A stretch of DNA of 64,000 nt from Phoronis australis (taxonomy: Eukaryota; Animalia; Phoronida), in contig NMRA01000272.1 of the NCBI GenBank assembly GCA_002633005.1, forward strand, positions 1 through 64,000, read 5' to 3'. Both the position numbers and the translations under genes were made by a program. Shown in pieces: positions 1 to 12,450 of the stretch (position 1 is its first letter; each line of letters opens with the position of its first letter). The notes beneath the pieces are model-generated. The model ran no database searches and was not told where the DNA came from. It saw only the letters and a list, made by a program, of their open reading frames with translations.

Positions 1-383
1 TTAGAGCCTAGTATAGGTTTGTGGAATGGCTGGGTGTATTCCGTAAAGTTCTAGAATGTGCTTTAGGTGGTGAAAACGTCTAGAACATTATACAAGAATA
101 TAAATAGTCAGGCACGGGTTTGTAACAGTTCATTAAAGATAGTTGAAAATCACTTGAAATTAAAGAGAATTACAAAACAGCTACAGCTGAGTTGTTGAAA
201 GTATCTTAAAAGTTCGTCACAAGTCAAAGCTGGAGCATGAAACAGACATTAGGTCGGACATTTTGTTTGAGTAGGCTTTTGAACGTACGTTCAAGGTTAA
301 TAAAGTGATAAACTCAAACCATTCTACTATCGCACCGGTCAGTAACCACCTCCGCCAACCCACACACGAGGAGAAATGCGATA
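1..383 (+). repeat. 5' LTR (left-truncated by window edge) of Gypsy/Gmr1-like element
   Basis: Aligns by eye with 4300-4461 plus 8904-9137 (shared 'gatagttgaaaatca', 'aaagagaattaca', 'aacagacatt', 'ttaataaagtgat', 'accggtc.gtaaccacct'). Followed by a TGG PBS-like motif at ~385. Confidence 0.7.
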
Positions 384-483
384 ATTGGAGAGCAAGCCAG
401 GACTGACGGTAATAAGGTGTGATAATGCGGACTATTAGAATTAGCGACTTATTATGGAGACAAGATCTCAACTAAGAGATCTC

Positions 484-1650
484 ATGGCTTCTTGACAAAA
501 AATGTGTTGGCAGGGAGACGACCTCAGACAGGTTGTTGAGAAACAAGAATCTGAGGCCTTTGCTGAGGCCGAGGTGAGAAAACAAGCCCGTGAGGCCTAT
601 AACAGAAGGCAAGACTGCGATCCCGAACAACAGATGAAGAGAGAAAGAACGAGACACGAGAGGGTGCAAGCAGCACTAGAAGCTGAGAGTAACCGTTTGA
701 GGACAACTGGTAGCATGAAACTGAAGCTACCCAAGTTTGACACAAAGCAGGATGATATGGACAACTTTATGGAAAGGTTTGGAAGATACATGTACGCCGA
801 AAGCCAAGGTTGGGCACAGAGTGAATGGGCAATCAATATATGTCCCCTGTTAACGTTTAAGGGCCTGAAGGTTTTCATTAGCTTCCTGGTGGCTGATGCA
901 CTACACTATTCTACACTCAAAAGATCGTTGCTGAAGCGGTTTGAACTCTCTGGGAAGCGGTGACTGAGAGGGGCGAGGCTGCTAAACAGTTTGTGGCCTG
1001 CATATAACGATACGTAAACAGGTGGTTTGACATTTCCGACTGTGGCAAAGATTTTGCGGAGTTGAGAGACCTATAAGTAAGTGAGCAGTACGTGACCACC
1101 TGTGATTGAGACTTGGCCTTGATAATGCTAGAGTGTGCATCCAAGTCTGTTCCCGAAAATGGTTGGCTTGGCAGAGAGATATATTGAGGTTCATGGAGTA
1201 ACAACAAGCACTCAGTCGTCAATGAAAAAGTCCCAAGAACCAAAAGTCAAGTCAGACACCCATAGAGACTTTCGGAAACAGACTCATATGAAGCACCACC
1301 GAAACTCAGCGGCAGTCAACCGCCAAAGTTCCCAGAGTGGAGAGAGGGAGTCAGTGAAGCATGCTAACCCTGAACACACCTTCAAATGAAAGCTGCGTCT
1401 GAAGGAAGGGTATGTGGGCACGACGAAAGTCTCATTGTTGAGAGACACAAGCTGCACAGCTGTTACAGTTCGATGCAGTGTAGTCAAACCATGTGATCCG
1501 ACTAGCCGGAGGTGGTCATGCGAGTTGGCGGATTCAACCAAGAGATGGCTGCCTGTCAGCAAGATCAACATAAAAACACCGTACTACACAGTGTTTGCGA
1601 TGTGTGTGAAGTGGCCAATGGCCAGCTGATTATCGGGGTCGTACATGGAG
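484..1650 (+). pseudogene. gag (SCAN-like capsid) and aspartic protease remnants
   Basis: ORFs 502-963, 1135-1389 and 1414-1629 with gag-like motifs and the 'LLRDTSC' protease motif. Confidence 0.75.
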
Positions 1651-2039
1651 CCTGGGGACCCAGGGGATGTTGAGCGACAGCAGACGGCAGCTAGAGTCAA
1701 CAAAGTTGGTTCAGGCAATAGCTTGGAGGAGGGTCCGAAAGATGGCTCACAAGTGGGTTCTACTACTCAAGAGAAAAAAAAACAGTGACCACAGCTCCAG
1801 AGGGAGAGAAGATGATCGACATGTCTTTCATGCTGATAAATCCAACAACGGAGTGGTAGCAGTAACTACCAGGGCGTAGGCACAGCGACAAAAAAGCGAA
1901 CAATAAGCCGTTAGCTACATGTTCGACCATAGAGAAGGAGGGACCAAAGCAGTTCCAGGATGAAGATTCATCAGCGAAAAAGCCGTGGGAGGAAGCTGAA
2001 GTCAAATTTCAACGACAAACCACAGGTAAGGGATCGTAC

Positions 2040-2710
2040 GTGATGGAAGGCCAGCAAGGAGTACTCTATCAATTATATCGGTTGTTTAAGAATAAGGATG
2101 GTGTAGAGGTGAATCAAGTTGTCGTGCCAAGCAGCTTACTGAAGTCCATGATGGGGCACCCCAATGAGCCCATACTTGGTGGACACCTGGGCGTTAGGAA
2201 GACAACTGACCGCATCACTAGCAAATTCCATTGGCCACGAATGACATAATAGATGACCTGATTCAGCAGATCATGTCACATTTGCGAGAAGACAATCCCG
2301 AAAAGTCGAGTTACCAAAGTACCGCTAGGAGAGAAACGCTTGACGGTGGAGCCTTTCAAAACGATCGCTATTGATCTGATTGGCCCTATAGCTCCAGCTT
2401 CCACTAAGGGAATATGTATATTCGCACGCTGGTAGATTTTACAACCAGGCACCCGGAAGCAGTGCCGCTACAGAAGATGGGGACAGACCGTGTAACTGAG
2501 GCATTGTTAGAGGTCTTCAGTAGAGTATGGCTCCCACGAGAGATCCTGAATAATCGTGCAACGCAGTTCACGCCGGAAGTGATGAAGGAGACCAGCAGGC
2601 TTGTGAGTGCATATAAGGTGTATACAACCCCTTGCAATCCACGCTGTAACGGGCTCTGTGAAAGAATCAAATGTGTACTAAATGCCCAGATGAAATCGGC
2701 GCAGGGTTAA
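2040..2710 (+). pseudogene. Integrase remnant (HHCC zinc-binding region plus catalytic core)
   Basis: 'VVVPSSLLKSMMGHPNEPILGGHLGVRKT', 'PFKTIAIDLIGP', 'VDFTTRHPEAVPL', 'NGLCER'. Confidence 0.85.
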
Positions 2711-2899
2711 TAAAGATTTGTGAGACTACCGATACGACCCTTCTTGATGAAGGCGATTTAGAGCGTCAGCCGGAGGTTCACAACGAAACCTTCAAGGACA
2801 TTAAGCTGATAGATTTGTTGTGGCCAAGATAGCGTGAACAGGCATTACGACTCCTATATGACTACCGCGGTATCTTCACCAATCATACTGGAGAGTCCG

Positions 2900-4010
2900 A
2901 TTTGGCCAGTCACCGAGTTGACGACAGAAGAACCAATAAGAGTGAGAACTCGTCAGATGCCGTATACTACTCAGGTCCAAGTGAAGAACGAAGTACAGGA
3001 GATGTTAAAGATGAACACTACTGAACCTTCCCCTTCGCCTTACAGCTGTCATGTAGTGTTGGTGGCTAAAACGGACGGTACCACAAGACTCTGTGTTGAT
3101 TACCGGTGGCTGAATGCAGTGACCAAACGTTTCTTCTCGAAGTTCGACTTCAAGAAGGGCTACTCCCACGGATGATGCGCGTAAAGAGAAAACAGCATTC
3201 GTGATGCCAGGAGACTGTTACCATTTCCGCATGTGAACTCATCGGCCACGTTCAACAGGATGATGACGAGGATGTTAACAGGCTCAGGAAATATCGAGCA
3301 ATATGTCGACGATGCGTTACTCTACACTGTCCCCTTGGAAGAATATCTTCATACACCGAGAGACTTGTTTCAGAACGTAAAACAAGCAGGTTTCACACAA
3401 AAATCGTGCAGCATTGGTTATCTGGAGATGGAGTTTCTTCGACACAAGGTTGGAATGAGCTAGAGGTCCTTGGACGATCAAGTGCTTATGGGAATCCAGA
3501 ACTCATCAACGCCTTATACCAAGATTGAAGTACAGTAATTCATAGGGCTCACAAGGTACTATAAGAAGTCTGTACCTAACTATGCACAGGTAGCTACAGT
3601 GTTGATAGATTAACTGCAGAATGGCCAGCCGGAGAAAGTCGTGTGTACCGATAGGCATGACCAAGCATTCAAGAAGCGAACGCAAGCGCTTGGAAATAGT
3701 CCGAACCTAATAGTACCAGACTTCACCCAGAGATTCATCGTCAGGACGGATCCATCAAATGATGGTTCAGGGTCAGTCTTACTGTAGGAGTTTGACGATA
3801 GGACATTCTCTATTGTGCACGAGAGCCGGAAGCTTATAGAAAGCAAGCGACATTATTTCACAGAAGAGAAGGAGTGTTTGGTCTGAATTCGTTTGTAAAT
3901 ATTCAGCGTTGTAAGATTGAAAGCCCCAATAGCGTGGCAGAATTATAAATTCCACGTGGGGAATATCCCGGGTAAATCTAAAGTCGATGCAGACTACTGA
4001 AGTCTACTAG
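2900..4010 (+). pseudogene. Reverse transcriptase-RNase H remnant
   Basis: 'PIRVRTRQMPY', 'RLCVDYRWLNAVT', 'KFDFKKGY', 'NSSATFNRMM', 'YVDD', then 'PDFTQRFIVRTD' RNase H-like motif. Confidence 0.85.
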
Positions 4011-4120
4011 CAGAACCAAGTCATTGAGCACTGAAGACAACGAGACAGAAGCAGAACACAATATATGTGTGCCAGATGTTGAACTAGAAAATTAAAGAGT
4101 AATTTTCTCTTTGACAGGGG

Positions 4121-4461
4121 TGTACTAACAGCAATCTTAATTTAATTATTTTGTTCTGTTGTCCTGTGTGTGTTCTAGAAGATCATAATTGATTAGCATG
4201 ATCTCAGAGATCAGCGATGAAGTAATTTCTTTACAATAGAATAGTGTGGAACATTCTAGTGATTAATGTTTTCTAGAACATTTTACATCCTGGAATTGGT
4301 TTGTACAATGATTGGGTAGATTGCGGAAGGTTGGTTCTAGAATGTACATGGTGAAAAGTTGCAGAAAATGATATGAGACTACAAACATGCTGTCACGGAT
4401 GGGTAACAGTTAGAGATAGTTGAAAATCAGTTGATGTTAAAGAGAATTACACGACAGTTAC
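4121..4461 (+). repeat. 3' LTR, left part
   Basis: Starts TG immediately after the purine tract; 4300-4461 resembles 17-184. Confidence 0.65.
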
Positions 4462-7400
4462 GAAAAATTCCATATAAAAACCAGATGGTGGGCTATATAT
4501 GCAAAATCACCAATTTTTTTGAAACTTAGCACATCAGCTGGCCTTGTCAAAAGAAACCTGAGCCTGAATTTTTAAAAGTTTCCGAGTTTTTTTTAATCCT
4601 TTTTACGACCACTTTGTACTTTTTCCGAAAAATAGCAAAAAATAGTACTTGGAAGTAGGTAACTTTTTGTCAGCAACAACACATCATCGCTTCACGCTAT
4701 AGAAAAAAATAACTGTATAGCAGAAAGAAGAAAGAATAACGTACAAGAAAAACTAGTTCGGGTGGATTTTTGATTTTTTATGTCCTCCCATTTTAGCCTA
4801 CAAAAATATCATTTTCACTGCTTATTATTAAGGCCATTTTTACGCATTTTTATCACTCTCCCAAATCTATATCGGATTCTTTTGGAACATGAGTTAACTT
4901 CCATCTGTTACTGCTGTCTTTGTTCAGCCCAAAGCAAGAATAAAAAATCTTGTCTCTTTCATAGTTTTTGTGCTGTCAGTTTTTTACATAACTCACTTAC
5001 ACACTTTTCTGCCAATCTGTGACTGTCAGTTTGTTTAAAAGACTCCAGGAGGCGCTACTCGATTGTGCAATTATATATCGACCAAGCAACGGTCTCAGGA
5101 CCAAGATGCCAAATAGAACAAATACCATTCGTTTTGCTACATTAGTGACGAAGGAGATCATGGGAAGCTGTATGAGAGATTTTTTCTTCGCGGATTTTCA
5201 GTTTTGCTGGTGCAAAAATAAAAATTTGTTATAGGATTACAGAAATCAAAAAAGTCAATTTTAATGTACTTAAGTTAATAATACAACCACATCACCATCT
5301 CATACTTAAGAGAAGCACTTTTTATTCTTAATAAGGGTGCCCATTACCCATTGCTTGGCCAGTTTTCAAACACCGTAACTGACTAAGAATCCCACGCACT
5401 GCCTGCAGTGCATGCTGGTCCATTTTCAGACCTCCTGGACAAATCCCTGTATATGCGCATGAAAAAGTACTCTAAAACTAATAGCAAAGTTCATACTAAA
5501 ACTAATCAAGACCTTCGAGAACACACGTGAAAAGAGGACGGTGGATACCAGGAGAAGTGTCGTGTTATTGGACATACAAAGTGTCACGCAATGCTTCTTT
5601 TACTACACAAAAGCGGCCGAGCATGGTGGCAGTGCACCAGTGCAATTTCAGAAAAATAACAGGTACGGATATTTACGATTGAAAGCATAATACTTTCAGT
5701 GATATCCACGATACCGGCTTTCCAAACCAGTATTTAAGCAATTGGGTGTTGTTGCGACTTACCAGCTAAAAGTTTCACAATATGTAAATTCCGGTCATGC
5801 GGCGGACTCAAAACCACAGTTTCTTGAAGGTATGCTAGGTTTAGTGTATGATGCATTTCTACACAAAACTTGAAAAAACTGCATTCTGTTTGAAGAAAAC
5901 AAGAGCTACTGAAACACAAAGACTTTTTATTTTGCTGAGTACACATGTCTAAGATAGACGTTTCTCAAAATTAGATACAGTGTAATCACTCCTATAAAAA
6001 TCTCAGTAGTTTCAAGAGAATAAATCATGTAAAAAGTATGCTTTACGAGTCTCAAACTGAACATAAAACAAAAACGCTAGTAAAAAGTGACAGAAGATTT
6101 CAATGTTGACCATCAGTGGCTTGGATTATTTTCCCCAAACAGCCACCAGTCAAATCTCTCCCCCATGGAAGCCCCTAATTTGCGTCATCTTCCATTTTTT
6201 TCCAATTTCGCTCAGGGTGGACGCCAGTCCCCTAGCTAAGATAATGATGACCACAACAATATCGTAAGAATAGACAACAAATAAAACATTTTCATAATTT
6301 CCTACAGTTTATGATGATAACTCATTCATGATCGACTTCAAGCTCCAACTCATTCATTGAGGCAAACTCGTGGGGAGCAGCAGCATCAGCATCTTCAATA
6401 TTCTGAATATTTCCGATTCGAGACGCGGGAACCATACGGGAAAAATTCCAGCAATCTGCTACTCCGACAGCCATTCTTCAAAGGAGAAAACTTTTCTTTG
6501 CTTATTCCTGGCTTCTCGCATCATCTTTACAACCTCAGCTGGCTGTTGTTTTCTGCCTGACTGTTCACCTTCAGAAAATATATCACTGGGTTAAGTCTTT
6601 ACCTTCTCAGAGAAGCAGACCACTTTTCTAGTACTTTTCAGGGCCCAGTCCTGCGGCGACTTGATCAACAACGTAAACGGCAGACAACTCAGGTGATGAT
6701 ACAGCTGTGGTAGTAGATAAAATCTCAGCTTGTCTTGAAATATGGTCGAACTGAGTCTCGTTCTGGAGGGATGATGAATGAGCACCAACATCCAAATGCT
6801 CATTTAGCTCAGCATCTGTAGGAAAGGATTTCGAGCATCCATAGTGTGTGCATGTGAACTTCGTATGACGTTCACGGGATACACGCCCCGACTCAACCCT
6901 TGGAGCTGTAAAACACTCGACTGTTGCAAGGTCAAGACTTTTCAGAGGCAATAGTTTACATGACTTGTTGATGACAAGTTTTCCCTCCCCTACTCTATGG
7001 GCCTTCCATGCTCGAATGCCATCTGCGGAATACTCAAAGTTTGTCAGCAAACTTATCCCTGGGATACTGTGCTTGGGAAGGACCTTTGGGGCATTCACAC
7101 TACAGGACGACACCTAACAGCCTTTGACACCTCCTCTAGACTCTAGTGCATGTTTCAGGTCGACTGCTTTTTGAACGTTGTTGCCTTCATTGACGAAGTA
7201 CTTGGCATGGGACTTCAAGGGTGCGATTTTCCTGTCACAGATGTCTTTTCCCTTCTGACTTTCACTGAANAACCTGTTTCGTCTCAACACGGTTATTATA
7301 TCAGTAGCTCCTTCAAAACATTTCTAGGGAGGGGGAAAATTTCCCCTTCACAAAGATAATGAAAATCATCCATAAGTACAAAATGGCTTCATTCAAAATG

Positions 7401-8903
7401 AAGGCTTGTGTGCAAAATCTACTAAGAGAAAAATAATGCATCACTGTCAAGCTTTTGTTGGGAAATGACAAGAAAAAGCCCATATATTAAGTGCACACTC
7501 CCTGTATCTTGTACTGTTACAGTAAATCAATATACTAAAAAGAGGTAAAGGCAACAACATTGTTCATCACTGGCTTTCTGTTATATTAGGCACATCTGAG
7601 AATTACTTTGTAACACCTTGAATACTAATTGAGGATTTATTTTTACCTGATGGCTTTCACCTTTCTTTGTGATACAAGCCACCACGTGCCGTGAGATCCT
7701 TTTTACCAAACCAGTCGGACTGTGCTTCACAGAAACTGATGGGTATGAACTTCATTGCAAAATCCATTACAACCAAAACTTGGTGTGGGGTGACAGATGA
7801 CATCAGATCCTGTTTTGCTTGTTCCTGGTTTATCCATCTGACAATATTCTGTGTGTTCGTGATAACAGCACATCAATTTTTGGTCTAAAACCAAGTCCAA
7901 ACTCATGCCGATTTGTAAAATATATAACGGCGCATTTCCATTGGGTTGCCAGTCCAACCTCCCATCTCCAGCTCTGGCAAGAATCAGCTGTAATTCCGAT
8001 ATACTTTCAAACTTCTGTAGCACTTTACACGACCTCAGATGACTTCTGACGTCTTTTACACTGCTAGCGAAGGCCACATTTACTCCGCAATCACACGTAT
8101 GTAACGAAAATTGACCAAATGTACAAGAAGAAAACTCCTCCATATTCTTTGCAGTGACAGGAAGTGCATGTAATCTCGAACCCTAAAGTACTATTGGTAA
8201 AGTTAAACAAAGAATGGAGTAATTTAGAAAATTGGGGTCTAAAAAGTTAAATTTAATTTTTTTGTGATATTGCATTGTTGATATTAGATTTTATATTTTA
8301 GGTGATATCTCTAAACTAAAAGAGTAGCCTCAACTCTCTTGTCAGTCAGAGTAAGGCCACATCACAAAAATGCCCAAATTCGAGGTCCACGTTTAGAACT
8401 AAATATGTAAGAGACAAGTTTTTTTAAAAGCAATTATCAAAGTTCAATCTTAGAAGTGTCTACAAAGAGAATTTCAACTTCAAATATATTCCGATATAGC
8501 AGGCAGGTTACGCAACATCTTGCCACTTGTGACTGGCCTGAAAAGTGGTCTCGGAGTTTTCTCCCCTGCTGGAAACTTAATTGTACCTATGAGTTGCAAA
8601 TTTCATTTTCTTACTAACCTTACATGAGTATTTATGACCATTAATGTCAAACTTTGTCACCAGTTTTCCAAGTCTGATTCTTTGCCGTTCAAAAAATGCA
8701 GTTTTACTGACATGAAAAAATGCAAAATATGACTTTATAGCCAAATAGGTCATATCTCGGTAACCAAAGGTCATTGACTGCAAATATTCCAGCAGTGTAC
8801 TTTGGGCCAGCATCCCAACACATGCACAAAGTATTAGTTCTGTATGAATTTTTGAGTATATAGTGATTTTTCATTTTCATATGGTTTTTATATGGAATCA
8901 TTC
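4462..8903 (-). mobile_element. Degenerate Sola3-like DNA transposon inserted in the 3' LTR
   Basis: ~26-bp TIRs (gaaaaattccatataaaaaccagatg / catatggtttttatatggaatcattc) with flanks ttac/ttaa. Minus-strand motifs: 'MDFAMKFIPISFCEAQSDWFGKK', 'FSESQKGKDICDRKIAPLKSH', 'GISLLTNFEYSADGIRAWKA', C2H2 finger 'CTHYGCSKSF...EHLDVGAH', 'WALK'. Confidence 0.75.
6310..8143 (-). pseudogene. Sola3-like DDD transposase with C2H2 zinc finger, fragmented
   Basis: ORFs 7727-8143 and 6628-7113 plus intervening motifs; stops, frameshifts and an N at 7270. Confidence 0.72.
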
Positions 8904-9137
8904 TTAAGTAGCTGAAAGTGGCTCATAAGTTCAGCACAAGTCAAGACTTCGTAGCACTAGATGGAGTGTGAACAGACATTATGTAGGATGTTCGTTTGAG
9001 TAACCTTGCGAAAGTACGGTCGAGATTAATAAAGTGATTAACACGAACCCGTCTTCAGTGCATCTTTGCACGGATAGCTATTTGGACCGGTCGGTAACCA
9101 CCTACGCCCACCCATACGCGGGGTAAAACGTGAGACA
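8904..9137 (+). repeat. 3' LTR, right part
   Basis: Resumes similarity to 188-383; contains AATAAA and ends '...tgagaca'. Confidence 0.65.
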
Positions 9138-10290
9138 TCAATGAAGAAAAGTGTCGACAAATCGCCGACCTCTTTGTGGTCGGCCCATCCTAAAATTCGA
9201 AATTAGCTGCCATGGTCTTCCGCTCAAATTCTAAGTCAGTCACGTGATACAACAACGATCATTTCCCATGAGTACATTGCAAACAAATTCCTGATTTTGT
9301 TTCTGCGGCAAACACCTCGCCATCCGTTTGAAGTGACAGTTACAGAGGTAAAAACAAAACGTCAAAAAAAAACACATCACATGAGAAAGTCCACATGGCG
9401 AATTTCTGTTGGAGTGTAGTACAATAGGTGTGTTCGCTTGTGAGTTCGCCGCTCTCGCTAGTACTAGACCTGTCAAGTAGCGAAGAAAGCAGCGGTCAAG
9501 TACGAAGCGCAAGAACAATTGCGAAGGACGGTTGTTGCACAAATTCATCCACAAAAACACCAGACCTGTCATTTTTATATGTTTCGTAAGGATCCAGAAA
9601 GGTAAGGAGTATTTGTTATTCAATAACGTGATACATTGCCTTCCATTTTGTATGTTGTGTTCACGGTTAGAAGACAAGTAGATTGCAATCCCGGTGCCAC
9701 TGTCGCCTGCAGTGTAGGCCTGGGATACTGCACAGCCGGGATGCCGGCGGAAGGACTATGATTAACAATGTAATCGTCATGTTTTTTTGGTTATTTGCAG
9801 TCACCCGAACGATCACAGAGACAATTTTTGAAAAAACACACCCATGACCATGGATCAACATGACCGGTGAAACGGCAGCAGACACAGCCACGAGTCTCCG
9901 TAAGAAAATGTTCATTATTTTAATGTGCCAGTTGGCCCAAAGTTAAGCAACGCCAGAGCGTTCATGAAAAAAAGCTAATTGTATGGGCCAATGATGCATA
10001 GCACGGTCCTAAAAGTATCCCTCGATAAACATTTGAGTCTTAATTTTTAGTTGACTTTGTCTCTATCACAGGCACAGTACGACTTGACTAGGTCTACTAT
10101 AGTGCAATGTAGTGTAGTGTATAGGCTACCAGTCTTCTATGAGCCTGGTGAGTGTGAGATTTGTGCCTGCGTCTCTTAAAGGCGAAGGCAACCTTTTTCC
10201 ATGTCATTTTGAGCTAAAATAAGGTTGGTTGTTCTACTTCGGTTGTGTTGAGTTCCGTCGTCGTTTGCTTTCATTTACTAGTCAGTCAAC

Positions 10291-11298
10291 ATGCCACACT
10301 GATGCTGCGTACCAGAATGTACTAATTATCGGCTCACGCGCGCTTTGGGAGTACCTTTGCATCGCTTTGCGATGGATGACAAACTTCGCCGTACTTGGCT
10401 CGTTCGTGTGAAGAACGCAGCATTACCCGTCCACGCAACGTACAAAGCAGTGGAGAATTACCGTGTGTGTGACAAGCACTTTCTGCCGTCCGATTACGAA
10501 AGGGATTTGAACGCTGAACTGATGAAGGTCCCTGCGAAACAACGTCTGAAGAAGGATGCCATTCTGTCTGTGTTGATTCCCGGCAGTGCCCTGTCGCCAC
10601 CCCCGAGAAGTGCGTTTTTGAAGCGAGAAGCCTCGCGAGCTGTGGCCAGTACAGTGACTGGAGCCAGTGGAGGCACTTCATCTGCTGTCACCCCGGCCTC
10701 CGAACGTACCCCAGAGCGTGCAATTCCTAGAACCGGTAGTGATTCGCCCTGTGCTGTTTTCTCCAGCCTAGAGCCTCTAAGCAGCCCTGCAGCGGTATTG
10801 AGTAGTGGGAGTTATTACAGGCTCAGTTCGACACCCAGTGAAGAGGACAGTTCGTCGTCCATTGAACAGATCGGTGAGCCAAACTTTGATAAGTTTATTG
10901 TGGACTTGTCTAAAGTGTTGGAGCTATTTAGAAGGTGCCAGGTGTGTGGCGAGGGAGTCACACGACATGGTGTAAGCAGTTTGGGTGCTCAGGTCACCAT
11001 CCAGTGGGAGTGTGTCGCGGGACACTCTGGCAAGTGGGACAGTTGTTCCTCTGTCCGTGGTATGCCGGAGGTCCACTTAACCATGTCCAGTAGTGGCTTG
11101 GCCTCGTCGAACTCTGAACAGCACAAGCATTCCATTGAGGTAGGCATAACAACGCACACAGTGCATTTGCACCAAGATGTGTCACCACGTCTGTCCTCAG
11201 TAGCCGCCTCGTTTCTCTCAACAGCTGCCTGTGCCTGTGCGTACTCTGCCACGTTATACTCGGGCTCAAACATGTACCCACCCACTGAATGTCCGTGA
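10291..11298 (+). pseudogene. THAP-domain Kolobok transposase, N-terminal part only
   Basis: MPH*CCVPEC (TGA at codon 4), 'LHRF..D.KLRRTW', 'RVCDKHF...DYE', 'RLKKDAILSV', then 'KFIVDLSKVLELFRRCQVC..ECVAGH..KWDS'. No DDE core; after ~11085 it reads antisense to the other ORF. Confidence 0.8.
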
Positions 11299-11384
11299 AA
11301 AAATTCCTCGTCACCACTGCTGTGAACAAGGTCTCCGTCACTCACACTACTGTCACTGTGATACGGGTCACCGACTCCAGCCAT
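10989..11384 (-). pseudogene. KolX-like accessory protein N-terminus (P2X7 C-terminal 'ballast'-like Cys-rich domain)
   Basis: 'GYMFEPEY...RRGDTSWCKCTVCVVMPTSMECLCCSE' matches the WC-x-C-xx-C...ECLCC pattern; truncated at the deletion junction ~11085. Confidence 0.7.
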
Positions 11385-12059
11385 TTTCAGCTTATAACAC
11401 TCTAAACAATCCCTAAATCCAACGTAGTTGAGTTCTCTACTAACCTATCTTGCCGCAGAATACTCGCCGATGGAAAGTGGTGGCGACAATTGTTGAAAAA
11501 CAGCACAAAACAGAAGTAGAATAGAACAGATTCGCACGTAAAGTCAACGCAAAACCAAGTGGCGGGAAACGCTTGCCTCCTAAAACGTCACTTCCGGAGC
11601 AGCGGACGAGTAATTTATAAAATCACGCAAAGCTGTAATTAAGTGGAAAATATGTCTAGAATAACCAACCAACCTTATTTTAGCTCAAAATGAAGTGGAA
11701 AAGGGTTGCCTTCGCCTTTAATTGATTTCTGTTACTTGCAAGCGCTGGGAGCCTACCTTATGAATAGAGTCGCAAACTACTTTTCCAAGAACTGCTTGTC
11801 CAAGTTATGCTCTCGTCATTTTCAGGAATGCATGTTCATGAATTCTCGTATGAAGAACAAGCTGGTATGGAATGCAATGCCAACAATATTTGATTCCTGA
11901 ATCCACCATAATGAAGATGTCATAAAGTTCTCGAAAATTATGTTTATTATGAATGTGGAATAAACTTGATTGCATGTTTGATTATCGCTTCACAAAGTAA
12001 GTATTTTACTGGGATCTCACGTGTAGAAAGGACAATTGGTCAAAACCTTTATTTCATTT

Positions 12060-12450
12060 TTTTTGCAAAGGCGGGTCAGACTGAAACATTTTATTAAAGT
12101 TTGGACTGTGATTTGGAAAGAGCCCAGGCGAAACTGGTGAATCTTTCAGAGTCTGAATGGAGGGCTGAACTTTTCACAAAACCCAAGCTAAATTATTTGA
12201 AACAAACTACCAGACTTTTGTGTAAAAGTTTACATTTCTAGAGAAAAAATCCTCATTTCTCAATTTAGATGTGGAGTGTTGCCGCGGAAAGTGTAAAGTG
12301 GACATTTTGATATTTTAACTTGTATTTTTTAACTCGTGTTTTTTGTAATGTCCCAGGTATAGAGGATGTAGTAAATTTTATCTGCTCATATGTTCTCTAT
12401 ATTATTCCCAGAACAGCCTTATTTGCAGAGGTCATGTTGGTTTGTCCCAC
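12060..12450 (+). mobile_element. Highly decayed LINE ORF2 3' fragment (CR1/L2 group)
   Basis: 'W..EL..KPKL' and 'ISQFRCGVLP' motifs in broken frames. Confidence 0.4.

Larger units (their letters stand above)
1..9137 (+). mobile_element. Degenerate Ty3/Gypsy LTR retrotransposon, Gmr1-like (gag-PR-IN-RT-RH order), 3' LTR interrupted by a DNA transposon
   Basis: Gag 'LKLPKFDTKQDDMDNFMERF..GW...W'; protease 'LLRDTSC'; integrase 'GHLGVRKTTDRITSKFHWP' and 'YTTPCNPRCNGLCER'; RT 'PSPYSCHVVLV..DGTTRLCVDYR', 'YVDD'; RNase H remnants 3700-4000; purine tract 'gacagggg' at 4113-4120. Many stops and frameshifts. Confidence 0.88.
10180..11717 (+). mobile_element. Internally deleted Kolobok DNA transposon (1,538 bp)
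   Basis: TTAA on both sides (10176-79, 11718-21). ~52-bp TIRs starting AGGCGAAGGCAACC with 3 mismatches. Convergent THAP-transposase and Cys-rich ORFs. Confidence 0.85.
9510..11900 (+). pseudogene. Two-exon THAP-domain remnant (THAP12/PRKRIR-hAT type) with Kolobok inserted in its intron
   Basis: Exon 1-like 'CCTNSSTKTPDLSF..FRKDPER' ending at donor G|gtaagg (9601). Exon 2-like 'KLCSRHFQECMF...KLVWNAMPTIFD' at ~11790-11897. Frameshifted. Confidence 0.5.
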
